From IMG/VR virus record IMGVR_UViG_3300024344_000001: a stretch of DNA of 64,000 bases, one strand, 5' to 3'. The position numbers and the translations under genes are program-made. How positions within the stretch are numbered: the first letter of the stretch is position 1; every line of letters begins with the position of its first letter. This document shows positions 1 to 9,400 of the stretch, one piece after another. The stretch comes from a virus (Duplodnaviria > Heunggongvirae > Uroviricota > Caudoviricetes). Below the pieces are notes generated by a model. It was not told the DNA's origin and searched no databases. It saw only the letters and a program-made list of their open reading frames with translations.

Positions 1-630
1 TACATCAATGGTCCTATATTCTTTAGAGGATCTACTAGCAATCCAATCACAACCAGAATCACTCAGAATGGTATCAATGCATATACTTCAGGGGCCGCTT
101 ACTGCGGTTTCCTTGGAACACCTTGGAATCAAACCAGTACATGGATTTCCAACATTGAACGCGGTGAAAAGACCGGTCAGTTGTTCCTATACTCTGCTGG
201 TGTAAACTCTGGTGTTGCACCTACAACATACGACAACTATCAAAGACTCGCCGTTTCAGGTAATAGATTTGGTAACTTCGAGATTACAACACAGGCCCTT
301 GGTAGTGGTGATCTAAGGGCGATTGAGTTCAACTGTGATGTTGTCTTCAATAGTGGAGTAAACGTTACTAGTGTAAGCGGAGATATTAGACTTAGCAACA
401 CTGGTATGGTAACAAATAGTGGTGTAGATTCAAGTACAGAACGCACAATAGTTGATGCGAGTGGTTTACTAGTGACTCCTAAGTACGCAAGTATTGCCGA
501 AGCTACGGGAGACATTCCTGTTGCTCAAGAGGGAGCATTCGCCTTCAGCACTTCAGGTTTATACAACGTATTACTAATTTCTAATGGCACAAATTGGTAT
601 AGCGGTATCCTTGGTCAATTGGTGCCTTAA
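1..630 (+). CDS. 5'-truncated virion protein, Ser-Gly rich
   Basis: Frame 1 is open from base 1 (YINGPIFFRGSTSNP...) to the TAA at 628-630, so the gene starts before the window. Beta-rich G/S/T/N composition, 10 SG dipeptides in ~209 aa, upstream of the neck genes. Confidence 0.65.
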   Translation, partial: YINGPIFFRGSTSNPITTRITQNGINAYTSGAAYCGFLGTPWNQTSTWISNIERGEKTGQLFLYSAGVNSGVAPTTYDNYQRLAVSGNRFGNFEITTQALGSGDLRAIEFNCDVVFNSGVNVTSVSGDIRLSNTGMVTNSGVDSSTERTIVDASGLLVTPKYASIAEATGDIPVAQEGAFAFSTSGLYNVLLISNGTNWYSGILGQLVP

Positions 631-651
631 TTTAACATTGGAGAGTAAATA

Positions 652-861
652 ATGGCAGACGTAGTAAAACCAGCCAGTTCTGTAACTGCTGTTAGTAATA
701 ACGGTGGCATGACGACTTTTGTCAATATTCATGGTACCGCTCAGAAACTCACTTCCGCTCAACAGGGTGGCATAAATGTCGTACAGACATCGGGTGAGAT
801 CGAGACTAATCTTACTAACAGATTCGATGACAGGGCATACTATGCTGGATCGGGTGTATAA
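652..861 (+). CDS. Small hypothetical protein, probably virion-associated (69 aa)
   Basis: GGAG upstream of ATG; stop overlaps the next start (TAATG); lies in the structural operon. Confidence 0.6.
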   Translation: MADVVKPASSVTAVSNNGGMTTFVNIHGTAQKLTSAQQGGINVVQTSGEIETNLTNRFDDRAYYAGSGV

Positions 862-1349
862 TGTCTCTAGCGATTCCTACAGGTGTACGTGCAAAGTACA
901 AGGAAGTAATCGATGCAACCATTTCTACAGACATGTTTGGCGTTGTATGCCAGCTAGTGTTTGTTGAAAAGAGAGAGGTTGTGTCTAATACTTTCGATGC
1001 ACCTACGGTTAACAACCTTCACGCACACATGTATGGTATGGGTCCAACCCAGTTCAAAAGAGATGACAAGACATACAAAGAAGTAGAGGTAACGGAGAAT
1101 ATCACAATCAAGGTGTACTGGGAATCAAAGGACTTTCAGAAGCCCACTAAAGATTTCGTAGTACCCGATAATGCTATTCAGATTATTGGTTACCAGTCTG
1201 ATCTTCCAAAGATCCGTGAAGCTAAGGCTTTCATTCCCCTTAGTGGTAATTCATATTTTGCGGGTCAGAGATACAAACTGTACAAAGAGCCGTTCCCAGT
1301 AGGGATTGGAAAAGACAGATACTTCGCGGCATTCATGGAGAGAATATGA
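861..1349 (+). CDS. Putative head-closure / head-tail adaptor protein
   Basis: Size and position before neck and terminator genes; beta-rich, C-terminal RYKLYKEPFPVGIGKDRYF resembles stopper-type proteins. Function inferred from synteny. Confidence 0.45.
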   Translation: MSLAIPTGVRAKYKEVIDATISTDMFGVVCQLVFVEKREVVSNTFDAPTVNNLHAHMYGMGPTQFKRDDKTYKEVEVTENITIKVYWESKDFQKPTKDFVVPDNAIQIIGYQSDLPKIREAKAFIPLSGNSYFAGQRYKLYKEPFPVGIGKDRYFAAFMERI

Positions 1350-1978
1350 CAATTAGTATCAAGCTAGTTGACTCTATAGCGACTATCAAAAAAGATATTC
1401 ATGCCGCCATTGCGGAGGAAATGAATAAACGTATCAAGACTAACTCTAAAAGGTTCGCTACTCATCTTAAACAGTCTATTAGAGCATGGTTGGTAAGTCA
1501 ACCAGAAATGGTGAGTTTACAAACGGAGGGATCTCCGTTCAGTCTTCATGCACAATTTGGTCTATTACCCGGTCAGGGTCATACAGCCGCAGATGCTATC
1601 ATAGACGCCGTTGCTCAATCAATAGAGATCAAGGCCGTTCCTTTTACTAAGAATCTAAAGGGTCGCGTAGAAATCGCCGTACAACCTAAAGACTTTAGGG
1701 CCGTACTAGGTATTCCTCAAGGAACAGTATTAACTGATAAAGGGGCCGTTCTTGAATGGCTAAATTGGTTGCTGTTCGAAGGTGACAGAGTAATCATTAT
1801 TGGTTATGAGTATACTCCAGATGGAGGCGGTAGATCTGGCGGTGGTACTATGACAGGTGGTGTTGGCTGGAGAATTCATCCTAACTTTGCTGGTACTGTT
1901 GACGACAACTTTATTACCAGAGCACTTGTAACAAGAGAAAAAGAAATGACTACTCTAGTTCAGCAGTTATTTACTTAA
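1346..1978 (+). CDS. Putative neck / tail-completion protein (HK97 gp10-like position)
   Basis: Starts MTISIKL followed by a long N-terminal helix; ATGA overlap with the previous gene; canonical position. Confidence 0.4.
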   Translation: MTISIKLVDSIATIKKDIHAAIAEEMNKRIKTNSKRFATHLKQSIRAWLVSQPEMVSLQTEGSPFSLHAQFGLLPGQGHTAADAIIDAVAQSIEIKAVPFTKNLKGRVEIAVQPKDFRAVLGIPQGTVLTDKGAVLEWLNWLLFEGDRVIIIGYEYTPDGGGRSGGGTMTGGVGWRIHPNFAGTVDDNFITRALVTREKEMTTLVQQLFT

Positions 1979-1986
1979 GGTTTATT

Positions 1987-2970
1987 ATGTCTAACTACTT
2001 TAGTGAGCTAAAAGGTTTTGGGGACTACAAAGAGTCCACTCTGAATCTAGATATTCAGGCTGGTCTTATAGAGTATTTCCGTTGGGGCCTATTAGAAAAA
2101 GGTGCTTATCGAAATGTAAGTTTCGGTGAGTCTGCTATCAATGGTATAGACGCTAGTAAACTGGCACTTTCTTCATCTGCTAAACACTTCAATAGTGGTC
2201 AGGTGTGGGAAGGTTTTCACAAGAATTGGTTGTGGGAGAGTGGGATTACCTATTCCCCGAATCCTCTAGTTGGCACAGACCATACAAATCCAGGGATTTC
2301 AGGCGTCTACGTGGACGGAGATTTTTATCCAAATAACGTGACGGGCACTTATGCCCACTCCATAAATTATCAAAAAGGAAGGGTGGTTTTTGACACTGCC
2401 ATTCCGACTGGTTCGACGGTTCAGGTCGCACATAGTTATCATGAGATCGAGGTAACTTATGCCGCTGCCATACCTTGGCTGAGAAGGTTACAAACTAACG
2501 CATTCCAGCCCGTATCAGATTTTCAGGAACTAGAAGAAGGCGATTGGGATATTCCACCAGAATCAAGAGTTCAGCTTCCGGCTATTGCGATTGAGGTGGT
2601 TCCAAGACGGAGATTTGCAGGATTTCAACTAGGTGGAGGTCAGTGGGTATATACAGATGTATTGTTCCATTGTCTTGCTACCGATAAGATGACCAGAGAT
2701 AAGTTAGTTGATATTGTTTCTTTACAGAATGATAAGACTATACATCTCATCGATCAGAATACCGCTATAAATAGCGGTGATTATCCACTGGATGTCATTA
2801 CAGGAGCACCTGTCTCTGGTGCCCTGAGATACCCTGATTTAGTGGCTCAACACGATGGTGGTAAACTTAGGCTTACCCAAACTAGTGTCCAGAGTATGGA
2901 TTCTTACTCCAGTAATGTCTGGGGTGGTATCGTTAGATTCACAACTGAGGGTATAAAACTGAATATCTAG
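1987..2970 (+). CDS. Putative tail terminator protein with an inserted domain
   Basis: LPAIAIEV...DVLFHCLATDKMTRDKLVDIV matches the tail-terminator pattern; immediately upstream of the tail tube gene. Confidence 0.55.
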   Translation: MSNYFSELKGFGDYKESTLNLDIQAGLIEYFRWGLLEKGAYRNVSFGESAINGIDASKLALSSSAKHFNSGQVWEGFHKNWLWESGITYSPNPLVGTDHTNPGISGVYVDGDFYPNNVTGTYAHSINYQKGRVVFDTAIPTGSTVQVAHSYHEIEVTYAAAIPWLRRLQTNAFQPVSDFQELEEGDWDIPPESRVQLPAIAIEVVPRRRFAGFQLGGGQWVYTDVLFHCLATDKMTRDKLVDIVSLQNDKTIHLIDQNTAINSGDYPLDVITGAPVSGALRYPDLVAQHDGGKLRLTQTSVQSMDSYSSNVWGGIVRFTTEGIKLNI

Positions 2971-2976
2971 TGTTTT

Positions 2977-2988
2977 TAGTGTATAATA
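2977..2988 (+). promoter_or_regulatory. Conserved TAGTGTATAATA motif, putative late promoter of the tail tube gene
   Basis: Intergenic, 36 nt before the ATG at 3025 (GGAG RBS). Exact copies at 23257, 33864 and 63788 (-); one-mismatch copy at 34685. Confidence 0.7.
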
Positions 2989-3024
2989 CAATATCAGTAT
3001 CTTTTCAAAATCAAGGAGAGACTT

Positions 3025-4146
3025 ATGTCAAGCAATAAGAGAATTCTGTACTCCTGCCAGTCTGTTGCTATTGGTGAGGCCGGTTTGGCTTCCTGGGGCA
3101 CCGGGAACATGGTACACGGTGCACAGTCCCTAAGTACAAACACAACTTTCAACCCTGAGCAAGCTTTTGAGTTTGGTCAGATTGAAATCTATGAAAATAT
3201 CGAAGGTACGCCAGATGTAGAGATCACTGTCGAGAAAGCTATCGATGGTTATCCTCTAATCTATCATATGGCGTCTACTGGCGTTGAAGGTGCCGCTGCG
3301 GCTGGATCTGGACTTGTTGGTCGTTCCAAAGAGCAGTGTGACTTCCGTATTGGTATTTTCCCAGAAGAAAACAACAACATCGCTGGTTCTAGTGAGAACA
3401 GTGGTAAGGCAGAGGTTGAAGTATACTGCTCCGGTATGTATATTGGATCTATCTCCTATACCATTCCAGTTGAAGGTTTCTGCACAGAAAATGTTACCCT
3501 TGTAGGTAACAACAAGCAGTGGCTAACTGGTGCCAATGTTAAGATTAGCGATACAATGGCTAACGAATTCGATGGCCTGGACTCTCCACTAGCTCGTGGT
3601 CCAGCAGATGGTTCTGCTCCATCCGGTGGTATTCAGCGTCGTGAAGACGTTCTTATGACCAAGTGTATCTTCCCAGCGTCCATTCATGGTATCACTGGGA
3701 CTACTCCTGGTAATGGTGTAGATGGTAACGATGATCCTATCATTCACGTTCAGAACATTACAATTTCAACTGACTTCTCTCGTGAAGACATTCTGGAACT
3801 TGGCCGTAAGACACCTTACTACCGTCCAGCGGGTTTCCCGATTGAAGTAACATGTGAAATTGAAGCTATAACCACATCTGGTGACTTTGTATTCGCGTAT
3901 GAAGGTGGTAACCCAGCACTATATGCAACCCAGTCATCTGGTGACAACACTAGTGAAGACAGCATGTTCTTCGAACTACGTGGTGGACACGCTTTTGACC
4001 TTGGTAGCAAGAACCGTCTAACTTCCGTATCTTACGGTGGTGGTGACGCTACTGGTGGTAACGTGGCTACAACCTACTCCTTCACTAACTTCAACGACCT
4101 TGATGTACAGTGGTCTGGAGACTACATCGGATTCAACAGTATCTAA
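3025..4146 (+). CDS. Major tail tube protein with two tandem tube domains
   Basis: Position between terminator and chaperones/TMP; own promoter motif and strong RBS. Internal gapless repeat QSLSTNTTFNPEQAFEFGQIEIYENIEGTP / QNITISTDFSREDILELGRKTPYYRPAGFP. Confidence 0.75.
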   Translation: MSSNKRILYSCQSVAIGEAGLASWGTGNMVHGAQSLSTNTTFNPEQAFEFGQIEIYENIEGTPDVEITVEKAIDGYPLIYHMASTGVEGAAAAGSGLVGRSKEQCDFRIGIFPEENNNIAGSSENSGKAEVEVYCSGMYIGSISYTIPVEGFCTENVTLVGNNKQWLTGANVKISDTMANEFDGLDSPLARGPADGSAPSGGIQRREDVLMTKCIFPASIHGITGTTPGNGVDGNDDPIIHVQNITISTDFSREDILELGRKTPYYRPAGFPIEVTCEIEAITTSGDFVFAYEGGNPALYATQSSGDNTSEDSMFFELRGGHAFDLGSKNRLTSVSYGGGDATGGNVATTYSFTNFNDLDVQWSGDYIGFNSI

Positions 4147-4220
4147 GATACATAACATCTCTCCCAGGACGAACAAGGAACCAAAATGAATACTGATACT
4201 CCCGTCTTGAGGTTTGCACT

Positions 4221-5255
4221 ATGAACCATCATGAACGGGAGTATTTTATATCAAGGATACGCTCAGGTTATCATGTGGTCAAGTATCATAGTTTGGAAAT
4301 CAAGGTCTACGGGCCTACTATAGAGGACGAACTAGAGGCAAACGCCGCATACCTTAAAGTGTATCAAGAGTGTGTTGACAACGGCATACCTACTGAGGCA
4401 GACATGCTTAACAGGCTTGTTGACCAGGAAGTGTGGACCGCCGATAAAGAACACAAACTAAAGGCTCTACCAACAGACATTGAAAGATGTCAGGTAGGGA
4501 TCTATGAGAATCGCTTCAATAACGATATGAAGGAACAAATCCGAAGAGGCCTAAACGCCGGTAAGAAACAGCTTCTCGACCTTCATAATCAAAAGGCGAC
4601 CTACAAAGAGCACACATGTGAGGGGCAGGCATTACTTGCTAAGAGTATTTCCCTTATCAGTAATTGCTCATATGTAGGAAAAGAGAAGTTTGACTTCGGA
4701 ATGAGGGATGTTAAAACGGTCTGGTTCATGTACTGTCACGAACTCCTTGATGAAAAGATAATTCGACAGTTAAGTAGATCAGAACCGTGGACAACAACCT
4801 GGTATCTCGTTAAGGATGGACTCTCTAAGTTATTTACTGATAATGACAGAGAGTTGAACAGTGACCAAAGAAATCTGATTATTTGGTCTAAGACATATGA
4901 CAACATCAATGAGTCCCCAGAGGCTCCTGCTACAGACGTATTAGAAGATGATGACATGTTAGACGGTTGGTTCATTCTTCAGAAGAGAAAAAGAGAAAGA
5001 GAACGATTAGAGGCGGAACTTGATTCCAATCCTAACACAGCAAATGCGAACGAGGTATTCATCATGGTTAAGGACCAACAAGGTGCTGATCGTGTAAATC
5101 AGATGAATGACCCTAACGCAAAACGTATCAAGTCTGAAAGAATGCAAGTCATTCAGGATAAGGGTGTTGTTAACCAACATGACTTCCCAGACGAGAGACT
5201 TAAAATCGTAAGAGAGCAACACGAACAGTATAAAGGAAAATTTAACAATGGATGA
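4221..5255 (+). CDS. Putative tail assembly chaperone, long (GT-like) paralog
   Basis: Between tube and TMP genes; N-terminal ~150 aa align with 5625-6458; extra C-terminal domain (DDDMLDGWFILQKRKRERE). Confidence 0.5.
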   Translation: MNHHEREYFISRIRSGYHVVKYHSLEIKVYGPTIEDELEANAAYLKVYQECVDNGIPTEADMLNRLVDQEVWTADKEHKLKALPTDIERCQVGIYENRFNNDMKEQIRRGLNAGKKQLLDLHNQKATYKEHTCEGQALLAKSISLISNCSYVGKEKFDFGMRDVKTVWFMYCHELLDEKIIRQLSRSEPWTTTWYLVKDGLSKLFTDNDRELNSDQRNLIIWSKTYDNINESPEAPATDVLEDDDMLDGWFILQKRKRERERLEAELDSNPNTANANEVFIMVKDQQGADRVNQMNDPNAKRIKSERMQVIQDKGVVNQHDFPDERLKIVREQHEQYKGKFNNG

Positions 5256-5625
5256 TTTCAGTAAACTGCTAAAGCAGAAGGCCGACTTCAAGAAGGCAAG
5301 GAATGATAAGTACAAGGAAGACTCAAAGACCAGACTGTCTAAGATAGTCAAGAAGAAGATTCAAACTACTATGGTTGGGGCGATTTCTTCTATTGAGGAA
5401 CACTTGGGTTTTCTATGGGAATCAGCAGACGACGGCGAACTAACAGACGCTCAAGCTGAGTTCTATGTGCAGTTCCAGAAGTTAAGGTCAGAAATTTTTG
5501 ACAAAGGGAATGCTCAGGCTAGAAATGTGGATGCCGAGCTTAATCAATACGAGGTGGAATGGAAGAAATATCACATGGATATCCCAATGAAGCCAAGATC
5601 TTCTTTTAATAAGGATGAGGAATAA
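5248..5625 (+). CDS. Hypothetical helical protein of the tail chaperone region
   Basis: 125-aa ORF overlapping both neighbours. Confidence 0.55.
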   Translation: MDDFSKLLKQKADFKKARNDKYKEDSKTRLSKIVKKKIQTTMVGAISSIEEHLGFLWESADDGELTDAQAEFYVQFQKLRSEIFDKGNAQARNVDAELNQYEVEWKKYHMDIPMKPRSSFNKDEE

Positions 5626-6458
5626 TGAGTGACGAGAACATCATTGAAGTAGAAGTGGAAAAGGGTCACAAGGTAAAAATCTTTGTGCGTAATCCCACAA
5701 GGGATCAGATCGCTAAGGCGGATATGCTTAGGGCGAAAAGATGGAACGAGTGCATTATGGAGGGTGGCATTCTAACCAAAAAGGAACTAGATGTTCTTTT
5801 AGAGAAGCGTGGTATTTGGACCAAGAAAGAAAAGGGTCTACAGGAAGATAAGGTTCTGGAAATTGGTAAACTGGAGAAGGATCTGTATCTATCTGAAGAA
5901 AATAGATCCATAGAGGCCGGTAAAGAACTCGCTATCCAGATTCGTAAAAAGAGACTTGAACTTCGTGACCTTCTAGCCACTAAGGTGAGCATGGAAGCTA
6001 ACACAGCCGAGGCATTAGCCGATAACGCAAGGTTCGATCATTTGGTTTCTCAGTGTCTTTATGACGAGTCAAACACGAAAAAGATCTATAACTCCCTAGA
6101 AGAATATAACCAAAAGGCTGATGACCCACTAGCCGCTGCTGGTGCTGCTAAGTTAGCAGAATCCATGTACGGACTGGACAGGGAGTTTGAAGCTAACCTA
6201 CCAGAGAATAACTGGCTTCGAACATTCGAGCTAGTAGACGAAGATCTGAATATCGTAAACAAAGAGGGTCAGATGGTAGACCTTGGCGGTAGAAGGATCA
6301 ACAACCTAGGTCAGTACGTTGACGATGATGGCAACCCAACTGACAAAGAAGGTAATCCTATAGACGAGCACGGTAATTACATGCTCGACAAGAGTAAGTA
6401 CCAGACCGCCCCTAAGAAAAGGGGTAGGTCTAAAAAGATAGTAAGTGGCGAAGAATAA
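5625..6458 (+). CDS. Putative tail assembly chaperone, short (G-like) paralog
   Basis: Directly upstream of TMP; paralog of 4221-5255; C-terminal Asp/Gly turn repeats (DDDGNPTDKEGNPIDEHG). Confidence 0.5.
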   Translation: MSDENIIEVEVEKGHKVKIFVRNPTRDQIAKADMLRAKRWNECIMEGGILTKKELDVLLEKRGIWTKKEKGLQEDKVLEIGKLEKDLYLSEENRSIEAGKELAIQIRKKRLELRDLLATKVSMEANTAEALADNARFDHLVSQCLYDESNTKKIYNSLEEYNQKADDPLAAAGAAKLAESMYGLDREFEANLPENNWLRTFELVDEDLNIVNKEGQMVDLGGRRINNLGQYVDDDGNPTDKEGNPIDEHGNYMLDKSKYQTAPKKRGRSKKIVSGEE

Positions 6459-6486
6459 ACATAGTTCCCTATTAGGGGTTAACTAA

Positions 6487-9400
6487 ATGTCCAGATTTGT
6501 GTTAAATGCACAGATTCAGTTACAGGCACCGACCAATACTGCACAGGTGGTCAGACAGATCCAGAGGCAACTGGGTAATGTCAATGTCAGAGTTAATGTA
6601 ACTGGTCAGGCTCAGGTTCAGAGGCAACTCAATCAAACTAATACGGCGGTTCGAAACCTCAACAACAATGCGAATGCGTTAGGCAGATCGTTTGCGGTTG
6701 TGGTACGTAGATTCGCCGCTTTTAGTATTGCTACTCGTGCCGTTACGCTGCTTAGTAACAAGCTCTCTACGGCGGTCGATGAGGCCATTAAGTTCGAGAG
6801 AGAAATCAACAAGATTGCACAGGTAACTGGTAAGTCCGTAAAATCCCTTCAGGGACTAACAGCGGAGATTACTAGATTATCTGTCACTCTTGGTGTGTCT
6901 TCTCAGGAACTAGCTAATGTAGGTAGAATTCTATCTCAGGCGGGTTTCAAAGCTAATGACCTTACCTTCGCCCTAAAGGCTCTTGCAAAGACGGACCTTG
7001 CTCCGACATTTGAAAATATTCAGAAGACTACCGAAGGTGCTATCGCGGTATTCAACCAGTTCGGCCAGGGTGCTCAGGCACTTGAGGGTCAGCTTGGTGC
7101 TATCAATGCTGTGGCTGGTAAGTTCGCGGTAGAATCCTCTGACCTTATTGGTGCTGTTAGTCGTGTCGGTGGTGTATTTAGTTCTGCCGGTGGTAGTCTA
7201 AATGAACTGATCGCGTTATTCACATCTGTGCGTTCAACCACTCGTGAATCTGCTGAATCTATTGCTACTGGTTTGAGAACTATTCTTACCAGAATTCAGC
7301 GTCCGACTACTATTAAGTTCCTTGAAGAACTAGGTGTGTCTTTAACTGACTTGAATGGTAAGTTTATTGGTCCGTTCCAGGCTGTTCAGGCTCTTGGTAA
7401 AGAGTTCTCCAGACTAGAACAGGGTGACCTTAAGTTCGTTCAGATCGCTGAAGAACTTGGTGGTTTCCGTCAGATCGGTAAGGTTATCCCGCTTATCCAA
7501 CAGTCTGAAGTTGCGTTGGAAGCTTATAACGTTGCTAAGAAGGGTAGTAACTCACTTGACAAAGATGTTGAAACCGCTCAGAAATCTCTTGCTGTACAGA
7601 TTGCTCAGCTAAGGGAAGAGTGGATTGCCCTTGTTCGTAGTTTTGCTGAAACCGGTACATTCCGTACACTGGTTAAGAGTTCCCTTGAATTAGCTTCCAG
7701 TCTCGCTAAAGTTCTGGAATCACTTAAGCCCCTACTTCCTATTCTTGCTGGTGGCCTTCTTGGTAGAGGTGCTATTGCAGGTGCTGGTGGTCTACGTAGA
7801 GTGTTTGGCTTTAATCGCGGTGGTATGGTCCCAGGTAGTGGTAACGGCGATACCGTTCCAGCTATGCTTACCCCAGGTGAATTCGTTATTAGTAAGGACA
7901 GTGTAAACCAGATTGGTGCTGGTACTCTGGCTGCTATGAATGAAAACAAATTTGCTGCTGGTGGATTAGTACATGGTGATAGGGGGCATTATGGTAGTCT
8001 TGATAAGGATGGTAGATCTTTAGTTGGTAAAACTAAAGGTCTTACTCTTACTGAGGCTATCAGTGGAGGTTTTAAGAGAAGTCAACTTAGTAGTGCTTTT
8101 GGTAAAACAGCAGTTGATTCAGCATTAGGAGTAACTGCGGCTCAAGCTCAGAGGGGTTCTTCTAGTAAGAATAAGAAAAATCAAATTACTGGAGGTAGTT
8201 ATAGTGGATTGTTTGGTGTTTCCTTCCTAGAAGGTAATAGAACCGATATATCTTCAACCATCAGAAATGTTCTTAGAGAATCTGGTGATATTGGTAAGGC
8301 TAAACTGGAGGAAGCTTTAATATCATCAATCAATAGAAAGAATCCTAACGATAAGATAAGTGACCCAAGGCAAATTAAATCATATATTGCCCGTGGAGCA
8401 AAACTAAAAACAAGAGGTGTAGCTACATTTTTACAGCCTGAAGGTAGAGAAATATTTCAGGATGATATCGTTGGAGGTCTAACTGGACTATTTAGTAAGG
8501 CTACTTCTAAATTCAGAGGGACAGAATTCGATCCTAAAGCAGCAGGTATTCCAATTGATAAATTGGTTTCTAAATCTGCTTTAGGATCAATTAAGGGTAA
8601 TTTCTTTGAAGCTTTTGTTAGACGTATTACAAAAAACGCTATTCAAGATTCATCCAAAGATGGGATTTTTGACTTCAATAAGGGATCTTTATCTGGAGCA
8701 AAAGGGGATATACGTAAATTATTTGGTAGAGCAGATTTTAAGTTTCCTAATGAATTCAAGGTTAGTGATTCAGATGCTAGTATTTCTAATTCTATTGGTA
8801 AAGCTATATCATCCAGTTCTGTAAAGGGTGCATTCAGATTCCTAAATTCTGGTGGTGGTATTTCTGGGCAGGACACTGTACCAGCTATGCTTACTCCTGG
8901 TGAGTTTGTTATTAACCGTGAGTCTGCTCAGCGTATTGGTCGTGGCAACTTAGAGATGATGAATCGTCACGGCGTTACAGGATTTAACGGTGGTGGTTCT
9001 GTTGGTGGTGGTGCTGGTGGAGCAGGAAACATAGGTCGTGGTTTCGGTCTAATTCTGTTACTACAAAGTCTACCAGCAGTTCTGAGTGATTGGACAACTA
9101 CACTAGATGAATCCGGCGATAAGGTTAGCACAATATCCAGTAGAGTGTTTGATGGTCTATCTGGTTTGCTTACTCCTATTGCGGCTGTAGTTGCTGGTCT
9201 TCAGATCATGGGAGTTGAACTAAGTAGAAATCGCCTATCTACACTTAATCAAGCATTCAATCCATTGTCCGGTGGTAAAGCAGCTACTAGTGGCCGTATC
9301 AGCGGATTCTTCAGACAATTCCAAAATGCTGGTACTAGAGTTTCTCAAGGTAGTGGTAGGGGAGCGTTTGGTCGTGCAGGATTTGGAGTAAGAGTAAACA

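Noticed and set aside
3763-3888. The tail tube segment and its 44274-44399 copy as a DGR template/variable repeat pair
   Set aside because: Differences are not restricted to adenines, are largely synonymous third-position changes, and no reverse transcriptase is present in the window.
3025-4146. The 373-aa protein as a contractile tail sheath
   Set aside because: No sheath motifs; the tandem tube-type repeat fits a tube protein; no separate sheath gene lies between terminator and TMP.
4161-4211. Imperfect inverted repeat (CAGGACG/CGTCTTG) after the tube gene
   Set aside because: Long loop and no U-tract; too weak to call a terminator or ncRNA.
5230-5255. AAATTTA near the end of the 344-aa gene as a -1 slippery site
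   Set aside because: The gene reads AAA TTT AAC, not A AAT TTA, so the heptamer is out of phase.
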